Below the pieces are notes generated by a model, which had not been told where the DNA came from, did not search any database, and worked only from the letters and a program-made list of their open reading frames with translations. Position numbers and translations under genes: made by a program. Source: an uncultured Gammaproteobacteria bacterium (lineage in GTDB: Bacteria > Pseudomonadota > Gammaproteobacteria > Arenicellales > CAJQKF01). From it: 64,000 nt of DNA. Shown here in pieces: positions 20,401-29,202 of the stretch (its first letter is position 1; each line of letters starts with the position of its first letter). Location of the stretch: assembly GCA_905478855.1 (NCBI GenBank), contig CAJQKF010000006.1, positions 52,019-116,018 of the forward strand, written 5' to 3'.

Positions 20401-21897
20401 ATGCTTTCTAAACAACAATTCGAAAATTATAAGTCCGCCGGTTTTAATCGAATACCGGTGGTTCGTGAGATACTTGCGGATCTCGATACTCCAGTTAGTA
20501 CATTTCTAAAACTAGCCAATCAATCTTATTCCTATCTTTTTGAATCCGTTCAGGGTGGCGAGAAATGGGGGCGATACTCAATTATCGGTTTGCCATGTGA
20601 AACTCGAGTTACAGTTCATGGCGATGTGCTAAAAGTTATCCGTGGGGATGACGTTATCATGGAAAAAGTAACCGAAGACCCTTTGCAAGAGATAGCGCTA
20701 ATTCAAACGCAATATAAAATTCCAGAAATCGAAGGTGTTCCCAAGTTCTCAGGTGGGCTGGTTGGCTATTTTTCATACGATACGATTCGTTACGTCGAAC
20801 GAAAGCTGGGGCCAAGTAATAAGCCAGACCCCATAGCAGCGCCAGATATCCTTCTAATGCTCTCTGAAGAAGTGATTGTTTTCGATAATTTGCGTGGGCG
20901 GCTTTATGTCATTGTGCATGCCGACGTCGAAAATGATGATGCATACAGCGTAGCTTGCAAGCGGGTTGATGAAGTTGTTTTTCAATTAGCCACGGGTCTT
21001 GATGATACGCAAACTGAACACACAGTCGAGACGATAGATGAGGACTCTTTTGAGTCGTCATTTGCCCGAGAGGATTTTGAAGAAGCTGTAGAACAGTGTC
21101 GTGACTACATCAAAAGTGGTGATGTATTTCAGGTTGTTTTGTCACAACGGTTAAAAGTTCCTTTTAAAGCCAGGCCCATCGATTTATATCGAGCATTACG
21201 AACGGTCAACCCTTCACCGTATATGTTTCATCTTGATTTAGGTGACATGTATGTCGTTGGTTCCTCCCCTGAAATTTTGGTGCGGTTGGAAGATGACGAG
21301 GTAACCGTTAGGCCTATAGCTGGAACGCGACATCGTGGCAAAACGTTGGACGAAGATGAACAGCTAGCCGATGATTTGATGGCAGACCCAAAAGAGCTTG
21401 CCGAGCATCTTATGCTCGTTGATTTGGGAAGAAACGACGTGGGTCGAATTGCGAAGATTGGAACGGTTAGACTTACCGAGAAAATGATTGTTGAACGATA
21501 TTCACATGTAATGCACATTGTATCTAACGTGGTTGGAGAACTATGCCCCGAACTTGATGCCTTAGATGTACTGCGTGCATCCTTTCCCGCTGGCACGGTA
21601 TCAGGAGCGCCTAAAGTCAGAGCGATGGAAATTATTGATCAGTTCGAGCCTGAAAAACGTGGCGTTTATGCGGGAGCTGTCGGCTATCTTGGATGGCACG
21701 GTAATATGGATACGGCTATTGCGATTCGTACAGCAGTAATAAAAAATGAAATGCTTTATGTGCAAGCGGGTGCGGGCATAGTTGCAGATTCAGTGCCCGA
21801 AAACGAATGGCTTGAAACAATGAACAAAGCACGCGCTGTATTCAAAGCGGTATCGGTTGCCTTAGCCGGCTTAAATAACGCTAGTACAAAGTTCTAG
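20401..21897 (+). CDS. trpE: anthranilate synthase component I
   Basis: ..YSYLFESVQGGEKWGRYSIIG.., ..PSPYMF.., ..GTVSGAPKVRAMEII.., ..GAGIVADS.. 498 aa. Confidence 0.95.
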   Translation: MLSKQQFENYKSAGFNRIPVVREILADLDTPVSTFLKLANQSYSYLFESVQGGEKWGRYSIIGLPCETRVTVHGDVLKVIRGDDVIMEKVTEDPLQEIALIQTQYKIPEIEGVPKFSGGLVGYFSYDTIRYVERKLGPSNKPDPIAAPDILLMLSEEVIVFDNLRGRLYVIVHADVENDDAYSVACKRVDEVVFQLATGLDDTQTEHTVETIDEDSFESSFAREDFEEAVEQCRDYIKSGDVFQVVLSQRLKVPFKARPIDLYRALRTVNPSPYMFHLDLGDMYVVGSSPEILVRLEDDEVTVRPIAGTRHRGKTLDEDEQLADDLMADPKELAEHLMLVDLGRNDVGRIAKIGTVRLTEKMIVERYSHVMHIVSNVVGELCPELDALDVLRASFPAGTVSGAPKVRAMEIIDQFEPEKRGVYAGAVGYLGWHGNMDTAIAIRTAVIKNEMLYVQAGAGIVADSVPENEWLETMNKARAVFKAVSVALAGLNNASTKF

Positions 21898-21982
21898 GAG
21901 TCATATTTATGCATTTACTACATGCGCTGCAAATCGCCTCCCACTTGAGTAGCTGACCGACCGATTGTAGCGTATCAATTGC

Positions 21983-22099
21983 CACATTCCACGGTAACAT
22001 CGCGACGAAGCCATCGACAGTGGCAGGCGGCTCTTTAAAGATATGCACCAGATAAGTATCCGCATTGTGCCCATTGAGCATGACGGTATTAACCAGGCC
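21983..22099 (-). mobile_element. IS66-family transposase C-terminal remnant (about 40 aa, no catalytic domain)
   Basis: ..LVNTVMLNGHNADTYLVHIFKEPPATVDGFVAMLPWNV.. matches the conserved IS66 TnpC tail pattern (..NG.nP..YL......P.......LLPWN.). Nothing upstream in the frame. Abuts the trpE stop. Confidence 0.5.
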
Positions 22100-22236
22100 A
22101 TACAAGTTAGCCGAGACTGTTCAGTTTACACTCGCTTTTTCTATACTTTTAGAAACTACTATCTAACACAACTATACTTTGTGATATTGCTTTTATGGGT
22201 CTTTCCAATTTGCAGGCTTAAAAAAAACATCGAACG

Positions 22237-23721
22237 TCATCGTTCCACAAATCCACTATACTGAAAATAGTTGTCCCATTTAGAATCCAGTATTCTCAAT
22301 GCTTCACCCAATGGTGGCACACTGAATTGACCATTTGAATGTAATAGGAGGTGATCGTGAGTTAACTTCTTCAGTGCATCATCAACTTCGAAATCAACCT
22401 CTTCGTCAAAAAGCCTGTTCAATACTTCTTCACAGCATCGATCAAGATCACACTCATTCATATTTCCGTATTTCCACAGACAATAATAGCTAAGAACAAC
22501 CTCTTTAAACTCCTGCTCTTCCAGTGACTCAACCAAATAAAAAATCACACCCAGATCGTTATCCAGATTCTTGTTATAGAGGGATTCTGTAACAACATAC
22601 TGGTACCGATCTCGAGATGCTTTAAATCCAAACACAATTTTAGCGGCGTAGCCTAAGATCGTGCCGATTGCAACCAGTGCCACAACTGGGTTTAACGCGG
22701 CTGCAAGAATCATCTTCGCTAAGCCTATACCCAACCCTACGACACCTGTTACTGCTAATTTCACAAGATCAAGCGGCTTCATGGAGATGCGCTTTTCCGG
22801 AAATACCACCTCAAGATCAGCCATTGGTATGTCCCGAAACGCCTTGATTTGAATTGCCGATGTGGTTTCCTCATCCGCTACCAACGTGCGGTATAGGATG
22901 ACAACTTGTGCAAAAGTAGGTTCTTGAATAGCCGTTCGTTGAAACAACGATATAAAACTAACACCGACATGCTTGAGCGATATCCGATTCACCAGCCGTT
23001 TAGCATGCATATGACTGGAATGTCCGTTATCGGAAGCGTCAATTCCATTTTTAGAGTCAGAGTTTGCCATCGATACAGGTTCAGCAGGTTGACCCGTAAG
23101 TATCTTCCATCCAGCCCGAATCTTTTGATTAAAGGCTAAAATTAGTCCCAAACTATTAATGAGAACTCGAGAAACAAGCGTATCCAACTTTTGCAGTGTC
23201 AGAAACCCCTCAAATCGATCAATGCCGACACCGCGACGATATACTAAGATTCGATCAAAAAAATCAGGAACATCCTTGCTAGAAATACCTGTTTGTTGGC
23301 TAAAATACCTGCTAAGCATCCTGTCGTCGAATTTATCCCAGTCAATTTGGATCGGTAAATTGAAGAGATACTCCTCACTGTCGGCGACGTCGATATCCTT
23401 TTGGGTTAACGGACAAAAATTCGCCTTATTCATGAGTTCGATAAAGTTCCCCAAAAAACGATTCTCTAATGCATCTGAGCGAGCACTAGAATTAATGTCA
23501 TTATCGACAGTTTTTTTGTCAGAGGAATTGAGTGCTCTAAAATCCTGGTTTAATTCTTTTGCTAATTCATGATGCTCAAAATGGTAAACGGCTTCGATGA
23601 TTCTGCAGAAATCCGAAAATTCCTTACGAGTGTTTTCATCCTCTATGGTGCTTAGCAGAGCGCTAATAAACTGGTCTATTGGTATCGAGATATAATGCCC
23701 GTGCTCTACGGCTATTTGCAT
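22237..23721 (-). CDS. orphan membrane protein, tentatively TMEM143/DUF3754-like (494 aa)
   Basis: Long clean ORF. Paired TM helices (..LVKLAVTGVVGLGIGLAKMILAAALNPVVALVAIGTILGYAAKIVFGF..) preceded by ..FRDIPMADLEVVFPEKRISMKPLD... The family call is from memory of that family's pattern, not a search. Confidence 0.7.
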   Translation of the reverse strand: MQIAVEHGHYISIPIDQFISALLSTIEDENTRKEFSDFCRIIEAVYHFEHHELAKELNQDFRALNSSDKKTVDNDINSSARSDALENRFLGNFIELMNKANFCPLTQKDIDVADSEEYLFNLPIQIDWDKFDDRMLSRYFSQQTGISSKDVPDFFDRILVYRRGVGIDRFEGFLTLQKLDTLVSRVLINSLGLILAFNQKIRAGWKILTGQPAEPVSMANSDSKNGIDASDNGHSSHMHAKRLVNRISLKHVGVSFISLFQRTAIQEPTFAQVVILYRTLVADEETTSAIQIKAFRDIPMADLEVVFPEKRISMKPLDLVKLAVTGVVGLGIGLAKMILAAALNPVVALVAIGTILGYAAKIVFGFKASRDRYQYVVTESLYNKNLDNDLGVIFYLVESLEEQEFKEVVLSYYCLWKYGNMNECDLDRCCEEVLNRLFDEEVDFEVDDALKKLTHDHLLLHSNGQFSVPPLGEALRILDSKWDNYFQYSGFVER

Positions 23722-24286
23722 ATGTTCTCCAACGTTGTCTAAATTTATTTCTGATTGTCCTTGAGGCGATCTTGTAGAATCTTATATTCTCGAGAGACTT
23801 AATCATTAAATGATGTTTATGAATAATAACGGAGTTTTCAATAGAGTTTCCAGTAGCACCAGAAATAGGAAAGTCTATATTAAAGTCATTTCTTGATAGT
23901 TATCAAAAATTCATTTTAATTGCTGAGAATATCTCCACATCAAGTCCGGATGATTTAAAGCAGGAACTTTCTAATGCTGTTTCTGCTAAATAATTAAGTA
24001 GTATCGAGAATAACTTTGGCTGAAGTCTATAATCGAAGTATGCTGAATTTGTTTTAGATACATTAGATGTGTGTACAATATCGTAACTTGATCAGCGAGA
24101 TTGAGACTGGTACGAATCTGCAACTTACAATCAATGTAAACTCGCACAATGAAGCTGTATTTGTTAAGTATTATTACCAAATCGGATGCGATTTCATAGT
24201 TTCGTAATAATCAAAAGTGGGTATTTTTGCGGCTACCTTCAATGTATGTATAAAAACATGTTTAAAAACAGAGAGATATAGTTTTA

Positions 24287-24856
24287 ATGTTATTAATGAT
24301 CGATAATTATGACTCGTTTACTTACAACTTAGTTCAGTACTTTGGGGAATTAGGTGGCGAAGTTGTTGTTCATCGAAATGACCAAATTACGGTGGATCAA
24401 ATTCGCGATTTAGCACCAAAGCATATTGTAATTTCACCCGGGCCTTGTACACCGACGGAAGCTGGGATTTCACTGCAGGTGGTAAAGGAGTTTGCAGGCC
24501 GTATTCCCATTCTAGGTGTGTGTCTCGGACACCAAAGCATAGCTCAGGCGTTTGGTGGAAAAATTGTTCTGGCAAAAACGTTAATGCATGGCAAAACTTC
24601 AATGATTTATCATCAACAGGATGGCCTATTTACGGGCTTAGACACACCTTTCCAAGCGACACGTTACCATTCGCTGGTAGCGGAGGAGAAATCGCTACCG
24701 GATTGTCTTCGCGTCACGGCTAGAACCGATGATGAAGAGATTATGGGAATAGAGCATAAAACAATGCCGGTGTTTGGAGTCCAATTTCATCCTGAATCAA
24801 TTCTTTCACAGTATGGGCATAAAATGCTCGCAACTTTTTTGGAGTACACGTTTTGA
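24287..24856 (+). CDS. trpG: anthranilate synthase component II / aminodeoxychorismate synthase glutamine amidotransferase
   Basis: GATase-1 triad context: GVCLGHQ (Cys), ..VQFHPES.. 189 aa. Confidence 0.95.
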   Translation: MLLMIDNYDSFTYNLVQYFGELGGEVVVHRNDQITVDQIRDLAPKHIVISPGPCTPTEAGISLQVVKEFAGRIPILGVCLGHQSIAQAFGGKIVLAKTLMHGKTSMIYHQQDGLFTGLDTPFQATRYHSLVAEEKSLPDCLRVTARTDDEEIMGIEHKTMPVFGVQFHPESILSQYGHKMLATFLEYTF

Positions 24857-25671
24857 GCATCAATGATATTCCTGATGTGTTGAGTAAAATTCTCGACGAA
24901 AAGAAAGCAGAAGTGCAAGCACGCAAACAAACAATATCTGAGCACTTGTTGATCCAACAGATTTCGGAGTTGCATCCCTGTCGAGGATTTGTTGATGCTA
25001 TCCGGTCTAAAGTGAGTCGAAACGAACCCGGAATAATTGCCGAGATAAAGAAGGCTTCTCCGAGTAAGGGCGTTATTTGTGAGAATTTCGTTCCTGCGGA
25101 AATTGCCAAGGAGTACGAGAAAGCCGGTGCTGCCTGTTTGTCAGTGCTTACAGATGAAAAGTTCTTTCAGGGTTCTAGTGAATATCTGCTGCAAGCACGG
25201 GCTGTTGTCGATATACCTGTGCTACGTAAGGATTTTATGATTGATGCCTACCAAATCATTGAGTCTAGAGCTATGGGAGCTGATTGTGTGTTGCTTATTG
25301 TGGCAGCTCTGGAGGATCAGATAATGATTGAGCTCGCGGAACTGGCAAATAAACTTGGAATGGATATACTGGTTGAAGTTCACAATGAGTCAGAATTAAA
25401 GCGAGCTCTGCAGTTACCTACAGTATTAATAGGCATAAATAACCGTAATCTACGGAATTTTGAAACAAGTTTGAATACAACTATCAATCTGCTAGATATG
25501 ATCCCACAAGATCGGATAGTTGTTACCGAAAGTGGAATACATACTCATGCAGATATTTCGTTAATGAAAGAAAATGGCGTAAACTGTTTTCTGGTGGGCG
25601 AAGCGTTTATGCGCGATACAAATCCAGGGAATCGATTACGGGAATTATTTTTTACCAAGCAGCAGCAGTAA
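24853..25671 (+). CDS. trpC: indole-3-glycerol-phosphate synthase
   Basis: ..[13 protein letters not shown].., ..[13 protein letters not shown].., ..LRKDFMID.., ..IGINNRNL... TTG start overlaps the trpG stop (TTGA). Confidence 0.9.
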   Translation: MSINDIPDVLSKILDEKKAEVQARKQTISEHLLIQQISELHPCRGFVDAIRSKVSRNEPGIIAEIKKASPSKGVICENFVPAEIAKEYEKAGAACLSVLTDEKFFQGSSEYLLQARAVVDIPVLRKDFMIDAYQIIESRAMGADCVLLIVAALEDQIMIELAELANKLGMDILVEVHNESELKRALQLPTVLIGINNRNLRNFETSLNTTINLLDMIPQDRIVVTESGIHTHADISLMKENGVNCFLVGEAFMRDTNPGNRLRELFFTKQQQ

Positions 25672-25680
25672 GGGTGTATT

Positions 25681-26097
25681 TTGAAAGCAATAGTAAAACT
25701 TCGAGACGGCGTTTGTTTTGATGCAACTACGGAGTCTGGACATACCATAACAATGGATGGGGCACCGGAGCATGGTGGGTTGGACCGGGGATCGCGGCCC
25801 ATGGAACTAATGCTGAGTGGTCTTGGTGGTTGCAGTGCGTTTGATGTGGTACATATCTTACGTAAGGCCAGACAAAAAGTAGAGGGTTGTGTTGTTGAAC
25901 TGGAGGCAGAAAGACACAACGAGCCGCCTAGGGTGTTTACAAAGATTCATCTCCATTTTAAAGTTTCAGGTCAAAATTTAAGCAAAAGCAAGGTGGAGCG
26001 AGCAGTGCACCTTTCTGCTGAAAAATACTGCTCGGCTTCTATAATGCTGTCTAAATCGGTAGAAATTACGCATGATGTTGAAATTCTGGATTCCTAG
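25681..26097 (+). CDS. OsmC-family protein
   Basis: ..RPMELMLSGLGGCSAFDV.. and ..SAEKYCSASIML.. (two conserved Cys regions of OsmC/YhfA-like proteins). TTG start. Confidence 0.8.
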   Translation: MKAIVKLRDGVCFDATTESGHTITMDGAPEHGGLDRGSRPMELMLSGLGGCSAFDVVHILRKARQKVEGCVVELEAERHNEPPRVFTKIHLHFKVSGQNLSKSKVERAVHLSAEKYCSASIMLSKSVEITHDVEILDS

Positions 26098-26123
26098 TTG
26101 TTTGTCTTAAGCGAGGCCGGCTG

Positions 26124-27185
26124 ATGTATCTAATTTCTGATTGGTTTAAAAAGAATCTCTCAAACCAGGAAGTCGTATTTCTGGCGTTTGTACTGTTGCT
26201 TGTTTTTAGCATTATTGTGCTGTTGGGTGATATTCTGGCACCGGTGCTCGCGAGTATCGTAATAGCGTATTTATTGGAGGGTATTGTTAAAGCGATGCAA
26301 CGCAGTCGTGTGCCACGCTTGTTGGCCGTGGCATTTGTATTTGTTGTATTTTTACTAAGTTTAACCATTCTTATTTTCGGTCTTTTACCCCTGCTGTCCC
26401 ATCAGCTTTCAGAGGTGGTTCAACAAATACCAAACATTTTGGCTCGTGGCCAAGAGGCTTTATTACGGTTGCCATCAAAATATCCAGAAATTTTATCGGT
26501 TGATCAAGTAAAGGAAATGATCAGCGTGCTTCGACAGGAGTTAACATCCTGGGGCCAACAAGTCTTGACTCTCTCGCTTTCCTCAGTGGTAGGATTAATC
26601 ACGATACTTCTCTATTTAGTGTTAATGCCCATTCTAGTTTTCTTTTTCTTAAAAGATAAAACCACGATTTTAAATTGGTTATTACGCTACTTACCTACTG
26701 ACTATAGATTGGCCCATCGCGTTTGGCTGGATGTAGACAAACAAATCGCCAACTATATACGTGGGAAATTCTGGGAAATATTAATTGTGTGGATAGTGTG
26801 TTTTTTTACGTTCACATTTTTAGGCTTGCAATATGCCATGCTGCTTGGGTTGCTTGTAGGACTGTCAGTGCTTGTGCCTTTTGTAGGTGCTGCTGTTGTC
26901 ACTATACCCGTTTGCCTTATCGCTTGGTTTCAATGGGGATGGTCAAGTGAATTCATGTATGTGACTATCGCATATCTTGTGATCCAGGCGCTCGATGGTA
27001 ATTTACTGGTCCCCATTCTTTTTTCAGAAGTGGTTAATCTTCATCCAGTCGCAATCATTACTGCGGTATTAATATTTGGAGGAATATGGGGTATTTGGGG
27101 AGTATTTTTTGCAATACCCCTCGCAACCCTTGTGCAAGCGGTTTTATCTACGTGGCCCCAGATAGCAGACGAGAAGAATATTTAG
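26124..27185 (+). CDS. AI-2E family transporter (PerM/YdiK-like permease)
   Basis: 353 aa, about 8 TM helices, with typical ..YIRGKFWEILIV.. and ..LVPILFSE.. segments. Confidence 0.8.
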   Translation: MYLISDWFKKNLSNQEVVFLAFVLLLVFSIIVLLGDILAPVLASIVIAYLLEGIVKAMQRSRVPRLLAVAFVFVVFLLSLTILIFGLLPLLSHQLSEVVQQIPNILARGQEALLRLPSKYPEILSVDQVKEMISVLRQELTSWGQQVLTLSLSSVVGLITILLYLVLMPILVFFFLKDKTTILNWLLRYLPTDYRLAHRVWLDVDKQIANYIRGKFWEILIVWIVCFFTFTFLGLQYAMLLGLLVGLSVLVPFVGAAVVTIPVCLIAWFQWGWSSEFMYVTIAYLVIQALDGNLLVPILFSEVVNLHPVAIITAVLIFGGIWGIWGVFFAIPLATLVQAVLSTWPQIADEKNI

Positions 27186-27353
27186 GGCCCCATAAGATCG
27201 CTATCTAATGTCGTAAATAGCGTATGAAATTCGAGATCAGATTGTTTTTCTAGGCTTAATTAGATATTTGACCCTTGCAAAAACCATTAAAATAAATTAA
27301 AAAGCAAGCACTTAATAAAAATATTTTGGAAATTTAAATGCTTTCATACGGTT

Positions 27354-28649
27354 ATGTCACAATATGATAATCCTAATGTAGAAGTGCAAGGACGTGCGTC
27401 CTATCTGGTTACCGAAGGTCTCGAGAATCAGAGTGATGTGCGTCAGAACACTGATGGCTCACGCAGATACGAACGTTATATTCTGGATAGGGTAGTCGAT
27501 TTTTTGGGTAGGCCTGCCATCCGCTTTGAACTGTGGGACGGCTTTGGTGTTAATGGTCAAGAAGGTGTTACGTTGGTTGGCACTGTTCGCATTAAAACCC
27601 GTGATGCATTTAATAAGTTACTATCCGATGTGCATGTAGGGCTTGGAGATGAATATAGTGCTGGGCGCATAGTAGTTGATGGTGATCTGGTTGATGTTTT
27701 GACAGAAACGTTTGCTCACCTTGACCAACAATCCGGGCGGTTTGGCTGGATTCAAAAGGTTTTTCGACGAAAGCGGAAAATGAATACCATAGCTGGGTCT
27801 AAGCAAAATATTTTCCATCATTATGACTTAAATAACGATTTTTATGCTTTGTGGCTTGATCGGGAAATGCAATATACCTGTGCGTATTTTGCCGATGATC
27901 ATTTTAGTCTGGAAGATGCACAGTTAGCTAAAATGGACCATATCTGTCGAAAACTGCAATTAAAACCTGGTGACAGGGTTGCCGAAGCGGGAAGCGGTTG
28001 GGGAGGGTTAGCACGGCACATGGCGCTGTATTATAGCGTGCACGTAACATCCTTTAACATATCCCAGGAACAGGTGAGTTTTTCACGAGAGCGTGCGGCT
28101 CGTGAAGGATACAGTGATCGAGTTGATTATGTAGAGGATGATTATCGAACGCTTACAGGAGAGTATGATGCGTTTGTCTCAGTTGGTATGCTTGAACATG
28201 TCGGGCAAGAAGGATTTAATGAACTGGGTCGAGTAATTAATCGTTGCCTTACACCAAACGGTAGAGGCTTGATTCATAGCATTGGTCGGAACAGACCGGC
28301 TAATATGAATGCTTGGATTGAAAAGCGAATTTTTCCTGGTGCCTATCCACCAGCTCTAAGTGAAATGATGGATATTTTTCAACCAAATAGTCTCTCCATC
28401 GCTGATGTCGAGAACCTGCGATTGCATTATGCCCGCACATTAGAGCATTGGTTACATCGGTTTGAGAAATCTGTCGATACGGTTGAATCGATGTTTGATC
28501 CTGTATTTGTTAGACTATGGCGCTTGTATTTGTCGGGATCTATAGCGGCTTTTCTTTCAGGGAATCTGCAGTTATTTCAAGTCCTGTTTAACAGGGAGCG
28601 CGACAATTCAGTCGCGTGGACTCGGGATCATATCTATCCAAAAAACTAG
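27354..28649 (+). CDS. cfa: cyclopropane-fatty-acyl-phospholipid synthase family methyltransferase
   Basis: ..HYDLNNDFYALWLDREMQYTCAYF.., SAM motif VAEAGSGWGGLA, ..SVGMLEHVG... Confidence 0.85.
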   Translation: MSQYDNPNVEVQGRASYLVTEGLENQSDVRQNTDGSRRYERYILDRVVDFLGRPAIRFELWDGFGVNGQEGVTLVGTVRIKTRDAFNKLLSDVHVGLGDEYSAGRIVVDGDLVDVLTETFAHLDQQSGRFGWIQKVFRRKRKMNTIAGSKQNIFHHYDLNNDFYALWLDREMQYTCAYFADDHFSLEDAQLAKMDHICRKLQLKPGDRVAEAGSGWGGLARHMALYYSVHVTSFNISQEQVSFSRERAAREGYSDRVDYVEDDYRTLTGEYDAFVSVGMLEHVGQEGFNELGRVINRCLTPNGRGLIHSIGRNRPANMNAWIEKRIFPGAYPPALSEMMDIFQPNSLSIADVENLRLHYARTLEHWLHRFEKSVDTVESMFDPVFVRLWRLYLSGSIAAFLSGNLQLFQVLFNRERDNSVAWTRDHIYPKN

Positions 28650-28709
28650 GAAATTGCTAAATTTCACGGACTTTTGTTGTATTCTATTGTGTTGTAGGAC
28701 GCTGGGTAC

Positions 28710-29030
28710 ATGTTAAAAGTTTACTCATCTATTAACCTATTTGATGCCTATATTGTCAGGGATACGCTGAATGATGTAGGAATAAGTTGTTTCATATGCA
28801 ATGAACATGTCTCCGGTGCATTGGGTGAATTACCTTACACTGAGTCGTGGCCGCAGGTATGGATAACGCAGAATTTGCATTTCGATCGTGCGCGTGCTCT
28901 TGCTATGGAGTTCGAAAAAAACTCGAATACAGGTTCCGTATTATATTGTAAACCTTGTAATGAGTTTGGTTCTCCGGGGTTTGAATGTTGTTGGAAATGC
29001 GGACTGGATTTGCAGCCAGATGAAGGATAG
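28710..29030 (+). CDS. DUF2007-like small protein with C-terminal CxxC...CxxC zinc-ribbon
   Basis: N-terminal ..LFDAYIVRDTLNDVGISCFICNEH.. pattern and C-terminal CKPC...CWKCG. Confidence 0.55.
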   Translation: MLKVYSSINLFDAYIVRDTLNDVGISCFICNEHVSGALGELPYTESWPQVWITQNLHFDRARALAMEFEKNSNTGSVLYCKPCNEFGSPGFECCWKCGLDLQPDEG

Positions 29031-29202
29031 ATTGAAAGGTATTTCGTTAGAAAGAAGTTTACTTGTGAAACAGTAAATATAAAAAACACTGGTACGTTTG
29101 CCATAATATAGTCGTGAATTTTGTCGAATAAAATCTACCTGGATTTTTTCTATGCTAACGTTTTCGCGTAAACTCTATCCTTAAATAAGTTGTCGGCTGG
29201 AA

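Noticed and set aside
24186-24281. 31-codon ORF just upstream of trpG, considered as a trpG leader peptide
   Set aside because: It contains no Trp codon and is followed by no terminator-like structure, so it does not fit attenuation control.
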